The notes below the pieces were generated by a model. The model was not told where the DNA came from. It saw only the letters and a program-made list of their open reading frames with translations, and ran no database searches. From an uncultured Flavobacteriales bacterium (GTDB lineage Bacteria > Bacteroidota > Bacteroidia > AKYH767-A > 2013-40CM-41-45): DNA of 64,000 nucleotides. Below, piece by piece: positions 16,626 through 27,200 of the stretch. The DNA lies in contig CAYHHK010000002.1 in the NCBI GenBank assembly GCA_964356415.1, positions 13,732 to 77,731 on the forward strand. The letters are read 5' to 3'. How positions within the stretch are numbered: position 1 is the stretch's first letter; each line of letters opens with the position of its first letter. The translations under genes and the position numbers were made by a program.

Positions 16626-17921
16626 ATGAAAAAAAATCTACTTCTATCCGGTATTTGTTTCTTTTTCTTTCTTCTTCAAAACGCAAATGCACAACCTGCA
16701 GATGCTGAAGTTGCAACCTTTGCATCTCCGGCAAACCTGAACTTCTGTCCTGCACAAATTCCCATCAGCATCAATATTTATAACAACGACCTGGTGGATA
16801 TAACAGAAGTTGTATTGAACTGGAGTATCAACAGTGTTGCGCAGGCACCTGTTACATGGTCGGGTCTGATTGCTGCAGGTGATCTTGCTGCCATCGAACT
16901 GACGCCATCCTCTGATTTTTTAAGCGCTACTACCTACGACATTGAGGTTTCAATTTCTACCGTGAATACACTACCGGATCCTAATTCGGCTAACGACGTA
17001 AACATGGTTTCCTTCTTGGTTTACGAGGTATTTGTTCCGTTATTTTACTGGAATGGCTGCTCACTTGAATGCCTGAATTTTTCAGACTATCTTTCCATTC
17101 AATGGTATAAAGACGGATCACCGGATCCAAATGCCCCGGATTCAGGAATTTATACGCCGTCGCTGCCGGGTTCATATACGATGGTCGGTCTTACTTTTGA
17201 TTCCTGCGATGCAATTGCCGATACTTCCATAGCAGTAAATCCACCAGCACATGGCATTACACCATTGGGAGTTACCTCTTTCTGCGAAGGTGATTCAGTT
17301 GGTCTTGTTTTCTGGGCCAGCGAACAGGTGTTTTATACATGGAATACCGGAAGCAGTGATGACACCATTTTTGCAAGTTTAGACGGATGGTATTCTGTAA
17401 ACGGCCTGACTGTTAATTCCTGTCCGATCATTGACAGTATTCATGTTACAGTACATCCAACTCCGATTGTATCTATTTCTGATATGAATGACACCCTTGC
17501 CTCTACTTATAGCGGATTGCACCAATGGTATCTGAATGGAACCCAGATTGGCGGAGCCCATGATTCAACATATGTTCCAACAGGATCAGGAATCTATTTT
17601 TGTACTGTTACTGATGTCTATGGCTGTACCGGAACATCGAATTCAATCAACTGGATTTTCCCTGGCATCAGTATCCCGGTAACAATCAGTGATGTGATGC
17701 TTTACCCAAATCCTGCGAAAGATGTTGTCTTTATCAAATTTAATTCAAGAAAAGAAAACCTTGAACTGAAAATTTTTGATGCTGTCGGGCGCCTGGTGTT
17801 TAAGGAAATCATCTTTGAAGACACCGCTATCGATATCGCCGGATTGAAGGGTGGCGTTTACCAGTGCGTGTTTACAGGAGAAGGAAAAATGTCTTCACAG
17901 AAACTGGTAAAGACATTCTGA
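16626..17921 (+). CDS. secreted Ig/PKD-like protein with T9SS CTD
   Basis: Signal peptide MKKNLLLSGICFFFFLLQNANAQ. The C-terminal LYPNPAKDVVFIKFNSRKENLELKIFDAVGRLVFKE...GGVYQCVFTGEGKMSSQKLVKTF is a CTD. Confidence 0.6.
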   Translation: MKKNLLLSGICFFFFLLQNANAQPADAEVATFASPANLNFCPAQIPISINIYNNDLVDITEVVLNWSINSVAQAPVTWSGLIAAGDLAAIELTPSSDFLSATTYDIEVSISTVNTLPDPNSANDVNMVSFLVYEVFVPLFYWNGCSLECLNFSDYLSIQWYKDGSPDPNAPDSGIYTPSLPGSYTMVGLTFDSCDAIADTSIAVNPPAHGITPLGVTSFCEGDSVGLVFWASEQVFYTWNTGSSDDTIFASLDGWYSVNGLTVNSCPIIDSIHVTVHPTPIVSISDMNDTLASTYSGLHQWYLNGTQIGGAHDSTYVPTGSGIYFCTVTDVYGCTGTSNSINWIFPGISIPVTISDVMLYPNPAKDVVFIKFNSRKENLELKIFDAVGRLVFKEIIFEDTAIDIAGLKGGVYQCVFTGEGKMSSQKLVKTF

Positions 17922-17954
17922 ACATCCTCATTCTGGAAATATGAAATCTATCGC

Positions 17955-19931
17955 TTAGCCGGAATGATCTGAGAAGATAGCACTTTCAACCCAATCGCCA
18001 TTTTCTCTGATCAACTCGATCAGTTCATCCACAGCATTTTCAGTGGGAACGGATTTCTTCACAACTTCTTTGCCCTTGTAAAGCGTGATCTTCCCGGGGC
18101 CTGATCCTACATAGCCATAATCTGCATCAGCCATTTCTCCGGGTCCATTCACTATACAACCCATGATGCCGATCTTAATTCCTTTCAGGTGATCGGTGCG
18201 GGATCGGATCTTTGCAGTTGTTTCCTGTAAATCAAAAAGCGTTCTGCCGCAACTTGGACAACTAATGTATTCTGTTTTTGAAATTCTGGTGCGCGCCGCT
18301 TGCAATATTCCGAAAGACAAACTATTCAATAGCTTTGGATTGTTTTCAGAATCAACCCAGACTCCATCACCAAATCCATCGATCAATAAGCCACCAAGGT
18401 CAGTAGCTGCACTAAGGATAAGGGAATCATCAGCGGGTTTTGAGTATTTTCTTTTGATAACAACTGGCGATAGATCATTTTTATAAAGAAGTTCAAAAAA
18501 CATTCTTCGCTGTTCAGCCATACCATGTTCATTATTCGTTTCGAAAATAAAAACAACAGGATGGCTGTTGAAAAAGCGGTACGAAGAAATCAGATCATTG
18601 ATCCTTACAGTAACAAAGTTCATGTATGGCGATTTTGTATCTGCAGATTGAAATTCACCAAAAGAAAAAAGCGGATAACATCGTGTTTTGTCTGTTAGTG
18701 ACAGCCAGGTATTTTTATTATAGATCATGCCAAGTGTACCCGGCGTGTTAAAATCAACTTTTTTATCTCCGGCAAAAATATAGTCACATGCCTGATCGGA
18801 AATATTCCATTTGTCCAGTGCGACAGAATAGTTATAACCAAACGGAAAAAGTGATCGAGGTGTGATTTCGTTTCGGGTACTCAGGTCACAAATGACACGT
18901 GGCACCTGGTGGCCTCCAAAATTTACAAGCTCATTGCTGAGTCTTCTTGAATAGGACACCGGAGAATAACTGCCTGCAGGAAGCTGCACCAGAAGTAAAG
19001 GGATCTCCTGCTGCTTTTCAATTCTGTGCTCGTATTTTTTTACAAGTTCCTTTGCAACAGGGATTTCAAATTCCGGATCTTCCGTTAGTGATACACGAAT
19101 GGTATCTCCCAGACCGTCTTCCAGCAGTGCACCGATGCCGGTTGCCGACTTGATCCTTCCGTCTTCCCCTTCTCCCGCTTCCGTTACGCCCAGATGCAAT
19201 GGATAATTCATTCCCTCCGCCTTCATCTTCATCACCAGTAACCGGTAAGCCTGAACCATTACCTGTGTATTGCTCGACTTCATTGAAAGAACGATGTTGA
19301 AGTAATTTTCGCTTTCACAAATACGTAAAAACTCAAGCGCTGATTCTACCATACCCAGCGGAGAGTCTCCATAGCGGCTCATGATCCTGTCACTCAATGA
19401 ACCATGGTTTGTACCGATGCGCATGGCAGTCCCATACTCCTTGCAGATTTTAATCAGCGGAATAAACCGGTTTCGAATCCTTTCAAGCTCCCGGTCATAG
19501 GAATCATCTGTATAGTCTATGGTTTCAAATTTTTTTCTGTCGGCATAGTTGCCCGGGTTCACGCGTACCTTCTCAACAATCCGTGCTGCAGCTTCGGCGG
19601 CATTGGGAGTAAAGTGTATATCTGCACAAATGGGTACCTGGTATCCTCTTTTATTCAATTCAGCTTTTATGACAGCAAGATTTTTTGCTTCGTTGATACT
19701 TGGTGCAGTGATTCGCACCAGTTCACATCCCGCTGTGATCATCCGGATGGATTGTTCGACAGTTGCAATGGTATCCATCGTATCTGTGGTCGTCATACTC
19801 TGAATACGAATCGGATTTTTTCCGCCAATGCCCAGATTCCCCGCTATCACCTCCCTTGTTTGAAGACGGGAATAGCGTGTTAAATTGTCGCAATAAATAA
19901 CTGAGTCTCTTTGCTCCTGCATCTGCGACAA
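17955..19931 (-). CDS. ispG: 4-hydroxy-3-methylbut-2-enyl diphosphate synthase (flavodoxin), long Bacteroidota form
   Basis: GNLGIGGKNPIRIQSMTTTDT...VRITAPS...ADIHF in the N-terminal TIM barrel. C-terminal 4Fe-4S motif ISCPSCGRT...GCIVNGPGE. The 658-aa length is typical of the insertion-containing form. Confidence 0.9.
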   Translation of the reverse strand: MSQMQEQRDSVIYCDNLTRYSRLQTREVIAGNLGIGGKNPIRIQSMTTTDTMDTIATVEQSIRMITAGCELVRITAPSINEAKNLAVIKAELNKRGYQVPICADIHFTPNAAEAAARIVEKVRVNPGNYADRKKFETIDYTDDSYDRELERIRNRFIPLIKICKEYGTAMRIGTNHGSLSDRIMSRYGDSPLGMVESALEFLRICESENYFNIVLSMKSSNTQVMVQAYRLLVMKMKAEGMNYPLHLGVTEAGEGEDGRIKSATGIGALLEDGLGDTIRVSLTEDPEFEIPVAKELVKKYEHRIEKQQEIPLLLVQLPAGSYSPVSYSRRLSNELVNFGGHQVPRVICDLSTRNEITPRSLFPFGYNYSVALDKWNISDQACDYIFAGDKKVDFNTPGTLGMIYNKNTWLSLTDKTRCYPLFSFGEFQSADTKSPYMNFVTVRINDLISSYRFFNSHPVVFIFETNNEHGMAEQRRMFFELLYKNDLSPVVIKRKYSKPADDSLILSAATDLGGLLIDGFGDGVWVDSENNPKLLNSLSFGILQAARTRISKTEYISCPSCGRTLFDLQETTAKIRSRTDHLKGIKIGIMGCIVNGPGEMADADYGYVGSGPGKITLYKGKEVVKKSVPTENAVDELIELIRENGDWVESAIFSDHSG

Positions 19932-19941
19932 AGATAGGAAA

Positions 19942-20616
19942 TCACTCTCTGAAAAATTTGCTCACCACATGCGATCCGTCTTTATTGATCACATCTATAA
20001 AATAAAGTCCACTGCTGAATGACCTGATATCTGCCTCATTAATGGCTTTCCTGTAAAATAGCAATTCAGCTCCAATTGCATCAAATATCCTTACCTGTTC
20101 AACTTTTTCAGAATCAGTCCATACAATGTGGATAATTCCACCGGATGGATTGGGATAGATAAATAGAGCCTGCTGCCGTTCATTCTCTTCAATTCCTGTA
20201 TTCAGGAAGAAAACATTAAAAGTCAAAGAATCATTGTTGACTGCCAGTGGGCTCTGTGCAGAAGATGGCCATACCACAACAATATTATCACCTGCATCAA
20301 GCTCTGCAGCATTGAAGGTATGTGTAATCTGAATAGTATCATAAAAGGTATTCCCTGAAATACTGTAGGTCGCATTGAAATACAACGTGTCGGCCCCTGT
20401 AGAATCACCAAGAGAATGCATTAATACCAGCAAATCTCCACTGAAAAGGAATCCTCCTGAATTACTTATTAAGAGTTCCATGCTCACAACCTGCTGTTGA
20501 AATACAGTATCAGGAAAGCCAATAATGGAATCAAGTCTCAGTGTTTGGGCATTAACGCTTTTTGAATTGATGAAAACGGAAGCCAACAGTGTCAGGATTA
20601 AAAGTATCTTCTTCAT
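19942..20616 (-). CDS. small secreted protein with T9SS CTD
   Basis: Signal peptide MKKILLILTLLASVFINSKSVNAQ. The C-terminal LFIYPNPSGGIIHIVW...GLYFIDVINKDGSHVVSKFFRE is a CTD. Confidence 0.55.
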   Translation of the reverse strand: MKKILLILTLLASVFINSKSVNAQTLRLDSIIGFPDTVFQQQVVSMELLISNSGGFLFSGDLLVLMHSLGDSTGADTLYFNATYSISGNTFYDTIQITHTFNAAELDAGDNIVVVWPSSAQSPLAVNNDSLTFNVFFLNTGIEENERQQALFIYPNPSGGIIHIVWTDSEKVEQVRIFDAIGAELLFYRKAINEADIRSFSSGLYFIDVINKDGSHVVSKFFRE

Positions 20617-20705
20617 AGCAAGGAAGTTTTGTTGGAAACAAAAATATTAAATCCTTCCTTAGCACCAAGTTTATTTTTACTTTTCCTTACCCGTTTAAAA
20701 CGCAT

Positions 20706-22154
20706 ATGGATATCCTCAACCAGATCATCGCCCACATGAATAAGGAACAGGTTCGTGGCTATAAATTATTTGTGAACCGAACCAATGAGAAAGATGACAG
20801 GAAAGACGTTCTCTTTTTCGATTATATCAGGAAAAGTGGCGATGCCTATGACGAAGGAAAAATCCACGAAAAACTCTATAGCGGCTGCGATAAAAATACT
20901 TTCTACAGACTGAAAAACAGGGTACTCGGTGATGTGAGCAAAAGTCTAATGGTCCAGCATTTTGATGACGATGAGCTTATTCATGCACTGCACTTGCTCG
21001 CTTTGGAGAAATTTCATTTTAACCGGAATCAGATCCATATCGCGCATTACTTCTTGAAAAAAGCTGAAGCTGAAGCGAAGCGTATTGAGAATTTTGAATT
21101 ACTTGATATTATTTATGGGGAGTATATTCGTCTTAGTCGCGAAATGATTACGATCAACCCTGAACATTACATCAGACTGAGAACTTCAAACCAGGAACAG
21201 ATAAGGCAACTGCGTGCCATAGACGACATTCTTGCTACCGTAACCTTCCGGTTGAAAACAACACAGAATTTTTCTGCTTCGGAAAATCCTGTCCTTAAAC
21301 TATTGCAGAAGACAGTCCGTGAATTGTCAGCAGACAAAGAACTCCAGCAGAGCCCAAAGCTTAGGTTCAAAATTTATGATGCAGTTACCCAGATCCTGCT
21401 GCAGAAAAGACAATACCCGGCCCTTGAGGAATACCTGCTCGGCATGTACGCTGATTTCATTAAGGAAAAACTGTTCAATAAGAACAACCACGACACTAAA
21501 TTACAAATGCTGGTTTTTATTGTGAACACACTATTCAAAACAGACAAACTGAACGAATCACTGAAGTATACAGAGAAACTGAAAAGTGCCATGGAAGAAT
21601 ATCATCGCATGCACTATGACAAGTATCTCTTCTTCTACTACAATTCGCTCGTGATCAATTATTCTCGGCTCGACAGAAACAAGGCCATTGATATCCTGAA
21701 TGAAATGAAGGGCAATGAAAAAATATGTGCCAATAATTTTTACGAACTTTTCATTTTCCTGAACCTTGCCGTTGTCTATTTTGACCATAAGGATTTTCAT
21801 CAGAGTATTCGCAATCTCCATAAAATTTACCTGCTGGAGGGCTATAAGAATGCCGACAAATCGTTGCAGTTTAAGATCGCCGTTGCTGACCTGATCGTGC
21901 GTTACGAACTGGATGATGAAGATACGCTTGAATACAAGTTGAAACAAGTAAAGAAAGATTTCAGGAACATGCTTGCGGAAAAAGAAAATATAAGAGAAAA
22001 GGAATTGATTGAAATCATCGGAAAGATGATAAAAACACCCAACATTAAAAGCGATCCTTTGCTGGTTAAAAAAATTCAGTCATTGCTCAAACCGGGCGAA
22101 GCAAGTGATTCTGAGATTATCCATTACAGAAACTGGCTCAGAGAAAAAATCTGA
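20706..22154 (+). CDS. hypothetical all-alpha (TPR-like?) protein, 482 aa
   Basis: Long uninterrupted ORF with consistent codon usage. No signal peptide. No motif I can name. Confidence 0.5.
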   Translation: MDILNQIIAHMNKEQVRGYKLFVNRTNEKDDRKDVLFFDYIRKSGDAYDEGKIHEKLYSGCDKNTFYRLKNRVLGDVSKSLMVQHFDDDELIHALHLLALEKFHFNRNQIHIAHYFLKKAEAEAKRIENFELLDIIYGEYIRLSREMITINPEHYIRLRTSNQEQIRQLRAIDDILATVTFRLKTTQNFSASENPVLKLLQKTVRELSADKELQQSPKLRFKIYDAVTQILLQKRQYPALEEYLLGMYADFIKEKLFNKNNHDTKLQMLVFIVNTLFKTDKLNESLKYTEKLKSAMEEYHRMHYDKYLFFYYNSLVINYSRLDRNKAIDILNEMKGNEKICANNFYELFIFLNLAVVYFDHKDFHQSIRNLHKIYLLEGYKNADKSLQFKIAVADLIVRYELDDEDTLEYKLKQVKKDFRNMLAEKENIREKELIEIIGKMIKTPNIKSDPLLVKKIQSLLKPGEASDSEIIHYRNWLREKI

Positions 22155-22158
22155 ACTT

Positions 22159-23034
22159 TTATAGTTTTTTTGGAGTCATCAGGTTCTTGCACGAATTGTC
22201 CTTATATTGATTTTTCAGTTTATAAGGCTTAAACAATGCCGTTGTAAAATAATAAGTGAAATGGAAATTGGTATAAACATACCAATCCTTAAATGCAGGA
22301 TTTCCACGCACCCTGCTATGGCTGGAAGGATCGGCACTGCGGTCCGACAATTGAACAGCAATATCGCCCTTCTTTTCTCTTAGCTCTTCCCTGTCAGGAT
22401 AAAAGGTACTTATATCATCCAGGTAATCCGTGAAAGTTTTTCTGAATCCACACTCACCCCCAAAATCTAATTTTCGGGAAAGCTTCAACATGAAACCAAC
22501 ACCAAAAGGAATGCTTATTTGCTGAAGTTTATAAGGCTTTGGGGAATTGCCACCAAGGTACTGGCCTTCCGTTCCTATTTTTTGCAATTCATAGGTCTTA
22601 CCATTGTAATTTGTTTTGGGGTTGAACACAAACCCTGCAATGCCTGCAAAAAGATAAGGTGTTACAAAATTCCTTTTCGTAAATCCACGCTTACGGTTTT
22701 GAAACTTGTACATAAAAACAAAAGATGCTTCATCAATGTCACTGTAAAAATCAAGGTTGCGTCTGTTTTCAGTGGAAAATAATCCACCATCATGCGCACC
22801 GATTTGTCCGTGAAAATATGCGAGACGGGCATGAAGCCGACTGAAAAATAATGCTGTGGTGTGAACTCCTATTCCAAGTCTTGTAAATTGTAAAGTAAAA
22901 TTATCATCCAGTTCACCTTCATAGTTGACGGCACCGGCAGAAACACCGAATCCTATCGTGCCGCGCTTCTCTTGCGCAAACGTCTGATAGCAATAATGCA
23001 ACAGCACAAACAATATGAAGTAATGCTTTTTCAC
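22159..23034 (-). CDS. putative outer-membrane beta-barrel protein
   Basis: Signal peptide MKKHYFILFVLLHYCYQTFAQ. Alternating aromatic/Gly-rich strands. Terminal aromatic (…TPKKL is atypical), so confidence is low. Confidence 0.35.
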   Translation of the reverse strand: MKKHYFILFVLLHYCYQTFAQEKRGTIGFGVSAGAVNYEGELDDNFTLQFTRLGIGVHTTALFFSRLHARLAYFHGQIGAHDGGLFSTENRRNLDFYSDIDEASFVFMYKFQNRKRGFTKRNFVTPYLFAGIAGFVFNPKTNYNGKTYELQKIGTEGQYLGGNSPKPYKLQQISIPFGVGFMLKLSRKLDFGGECGFRKTFTDYLDDISTFYPDREELREKKGDIAVQLSDRSADPSSHSRVRGNPAFKDWYVYTNFHFTYYFTTALFKPYKLKNQYKDNSCKNLMTPKKL

Positions 23035-23081
23035 CTTTGTTGAAAACCAAAAATAGAAAAAACGAAGGGATAAAAAAACTG

Positions 23082-23747
23082 TCAGATGTACTTTCCCAAC
23101 GATTCAAATTTATATCCCAATTCAGTAAAGTGCTTAATCGTCATTTGAAGAGCCGGAAGCATGCGGGACTTGGCCTTTATGCTGTCATGAAAGACAATGA
23201 TGCTTCCCGGAACAGCCTTATTCTTTATTCTATTAAAGCATGATTCAGGGCTTTCATTTTCTTCCCAATCGCGGGTAAGAACATCCCACATAACAATACT
23301 GTATTGCTTTCTTATTGCTAAATATTGGGTAGCTGTAAGTTTGCCATAAGGTGGACGGAAAAGCGAAAAGGAATCCAATTGCATGTTTTCTGCTACCATT
23401 CTATCCCTGCACATTTCAGCATTATGAAGATATGTATTCCGTGATGTGCGCCAACCATTCAGGTGATTGAAAGTGTGGTTCCCTACAGCATGACCTTCGT
23501 TGATAATTTGTTTAAATATCTCAGGATTTTTAAGAATATTCTGTCCAACACAGAAAAAGGTTGCTTTCGCTTTTCCAACAGAAAGCATATCAAGTACTTC
23601 CGGGGTTACCTCCGGAACCGGGCCATCATCAAAAGAAAGAAACAGTTTTTTCTCAATAGTATCGATGCACCACGTTATTGATGGAATAAACCTGAAGATT
23701 GCGTGTAACAATAAGTTTGTTATTATATGGATCCTCAGAAAATACAC
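23082..23747 (-). CDS. polysaccharide deacetylase (NodB-homology domain)
   Basis: LSFDDGPVPEVTPEVLDML...ATFFCVGQN...GHAVGNHTFNH contains NodB motifs 1-3. Confidence 0.8.
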   Translation of the reverse strand: MYFLRIHIITNLLLHAIFRFIPSITWCIDTIEKKLFLSFDDGPVPEVTPEVLDMLSVGKAKATFFCVGQNILKNPEIFKQIINEGHAVGNHTFNHLNGWRTSRNTYLHNAEMCRDRMVAENMQLDSFSLFRPPYGKLTATQYLAIRKQYSIVMWDVLTRDWEENESPESCFNRIKNKAVPGSIIVFHDSIKAKSRMLPALQMTIKHFTELGYKFESLGKYI

Positions 23748-24212
23748 CCTGACAAAATCTGCGAAATAGACATCTTTAATGAAGAAGCAAAATTACTTAA
23801 TATGATGCCATCTAAAGAAAAAATAAACGTATTCATTTTTTGGTAAAGTACCTCAATCTGACTTAAATAGTGAAAATATAACAAAATAACCCGTTTCTGG
23901 ATATTTTACATATTATTATTTTCAAACTGAATAAAGCTTTTATCGAAGTTTATGTTTCAAACGAAACTGCAATTTTAGCGTTCATTAACATTATTTTTCT
24001 TACTTCTGGCGCTGATGTTAATTTAATAAATTGCTATATATAATGATCTCATACCATAATAAAATTATGACTCACAGTCAATTTACAGCTATTTGCCAAA
24101 TTTATTTTAAAAACCCAAGTTAAAACAATACTTTAGCAAACTTATAAAATTTAATAAATTACAACCAATATATCAATTTAATCATATTATTTATTAATTT
24201 AATTACTTCATC

Positions 24213-27200
24213 ATGAAAAATACAACATTATTTAAGGCACTAATGTTTATTGCTCTATTAGCAACATCTCAAATTTCATTTGCACAAACAGTTATTATTT
24301 CACCTACAGGAGATGGTGGTTTCGAAACGGGAACCACCTTTGCCGCAAATGGGTGGACGGCAGTAAACAGCGGTTCCGGTAACCAATGGTTCTGCAGTAA
24401 CTTTGTTGCATCTGCCGGGGCCCGGTCGGCCTATGTGAGCAGCACAGCCACCGGTACAAGTAATAATTATAGCAACTGGAGTCTTTCCAATGCAACACGT
24501 GTTCAGCATTTTTACAGAAATGTAAATTTCCCTGCCGGAGAAACTTCCATTACTCTTAATTTTAAATGGAGGTGTAATGGTCAATCAGGATCTGATGACA
24601 TTAAAGTCTTTTTAGTTCCCACTACAACAACGCCGGTTGCAGGTACTGCTTTGCCCGGGGCAAATCAAATTGCCGGTCCGTATACAGGTCAAAGCTCTTA
24701 TCAAACGGTTTCTGTTACACTTAGCGCTGCTTTGGCCGGTACCACACAGCGACTGGTTTTCAGCTGGAGAAATAACAATGATTTTAGTGGTTCGAATCCT
24801 GCGGGTTCATTTGACGAGATTTCATTGACTTCATGCACCCCACCTTCTGTTTCAGCATCTAATAATGGCCCCTTGTGCGCAGGTAGTAACTTAGATCTTA
24901 GTTCAACTTCGTCAGCCGGGACTTTTTCTTGGACCGGTCCAAATGGGTTCACCTCTTCATCTCAAAACCCTACTATCAGTTCAGCAACGGCTGCTGCCAG
25001 CGGAACGTATACAGTAATAGCAACATCAGGTGGTTGTTCGGCTTCATCCACAACAAATGCAACAGTAAACGCAACAACATCAATCTCAGCACATCCCGCT
25101 GTTCAAATAAAGTGCGAAGGAGCAAATGCTACTTTTTCTGTTACAGCATCAGGTACATCGGTTACGTATCAATGGCAGGATAATTCCTTAGGAAGTTTTG
25201 CTGATATCGCAGGAGCAACTTCATCTTCACTTGTCGTAAACGGAGTAACGCTTGGTATGAGCGGAACATTATACCAATGCATCGTTTCAGGATCCTGCGG
25301 TGTCGTAAATTCTAATAGCGCAGCACTTACTGTAAATCCTGTACCCGTAGTTAGCGCTTCATCCAGTCCTGTCAATGGAGTCATCTGTGGTACAGGCTCA
25401 GCCACTCTTACTGCATCAGGCGGAACAACATATAGTTGGAATCCCGGTGGCTCAACCAGTGCCTCGATTTCTGTTTCACCATTAAGCACTACAACTTATA
25501 CCGTTACAGGAACAACCAATGGCTGTTCTGCAACTGCATCTCAGGCAGTAACAGTATATCCGGCAGTTACTGCGCTAGCATCCGCATCATTGTCAACTTT
25601 GTGCCAGAACGGGAATACAGATCTTACGGCAGCCGGCGGTAATTCAACCAATTACTCTGTTACCTCAATTCCATACAGTTCTCCACTTGGTTCAGGGTCA
25701 AGTGCAACGAGTGGCGATGATGCAGTATCAGGTTCAATTGCATTGCCATTTACTTTCAGTTTCTATGGAGTAAACTACAACAATCTTTATGTTTATACCA
25801 ATGGCTTTGTACAGTTAGGTACCAGTTCATCATCAACAGGTGTGTATGGTCAAACGCTACCCTCTGCCACAAATCCCAACAATATCATTGCCGGTGTACT
25901 TTCCGATCTGAATGCCAATGCGAATACGATCACAACTTTTTCTACCGGTTCAACTCCAAACAGGGTATTTACAATTTACTATAATAATGTGGCGTTTTAT
26001 TGTTCAGGAACCGGTGGCGGCTGTTCAGGAAATAAACGCGGAAATGTTAATTTCCAGATTCGTCTCTATGAAAAATCAAACATCATAGAAGTTCACATGA
26101 ACAATCTCACTAACAGTTCTTCAACATCAGGTGCTTTGAAAACCATGGGAATTGAAAATACAAATGGTACCTCAGCCAAAGTTCCCGCTGGCAGAAATGG
26201 CAGTGATGGTAACTGGACTGTTTCTACCCCTGAAGCATGGCGTTTTACACCTAATGGTGGAACGCTTACATATTCATGGTCTCCGTCAACTTACCTTACC
26301 AACGCATTAATTTTGAATCCTACTGCGCAGAACATGCAGTTAAGCCAAAACTACGTTGTGACTGTAACTGACCAAAACGGATGCTCAGCTGCATCAACTG
26401 CTGCTGCGATCAATGTAAATCCACTCCCTACTGTTGCCGTTACTCCGGGCAGCGCAACTGATTTTTGTGCCGGAGGAAATGTTACCCTTACGGCAACAGC
26501 AGGTCTCTCATCCTATTCATGGAATACTACACCGGTACAAACGACACAGAGCATTAATGTAAATTCACTGGCAACTTATTCGGTCACAGGAACTGATGCA
26601 AACGGATGTTCCAATGTTGCCTCACAACTTGTTACAGTTTATGATACGTTACCGGCAAATATTACAGTAATTGGCAGCACCAATCTTTGCACCGGACAAA
26701 CAACGACTGACCTTCAGGCAACACAAAACAACGCTGTCAGCTATGTATGGAACACTACTGAACCGACTTCACTAATAACAGTTGCTACATCAGGCAACTA
26801 TTCTGTAACCGCAACAGATAATTTCGGATGTCTGCATCATCAGTCGCAGGCAATCACTGAAACAGCGCCACCGGCAGCTCCAATAGTGGTTCCTGCAGGT
26901 TCTACCGTTTTATGTTCAGATGGAATTACTACAACAAGTGTTGTTCTCAATACAACAAATTATTCCAGTGATCTCCTTTGGAGCACAAGCGAAACCACAA
27001 CAGGCATCAGTGTTGACTATGCCGATATTTTTACGGTAACCTATACTGATGCAAACGGTTGTTTTGCCACTTCAAATTCAATCAGCACTGAGGTAAGGGA
27101 TTACTCCCTTGACCCTTCAACAGCTTTAAACAACTCAGCCTATGGTGAGATCTGCAACGGAACACCTGCTTCACTAACTGTGAATGGAGGTACTCTTGCA

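Noticed and set aside
23748-24212. 465-bp AT-rich gap upstream of the adhesin gene as a possible mobile-element scar or ncRNA.
   Set aside because: No repeats, inverted termini or ORF remnants were seen. It is most simply an AT-rich promoter and leader for a highly expressed surface protein.
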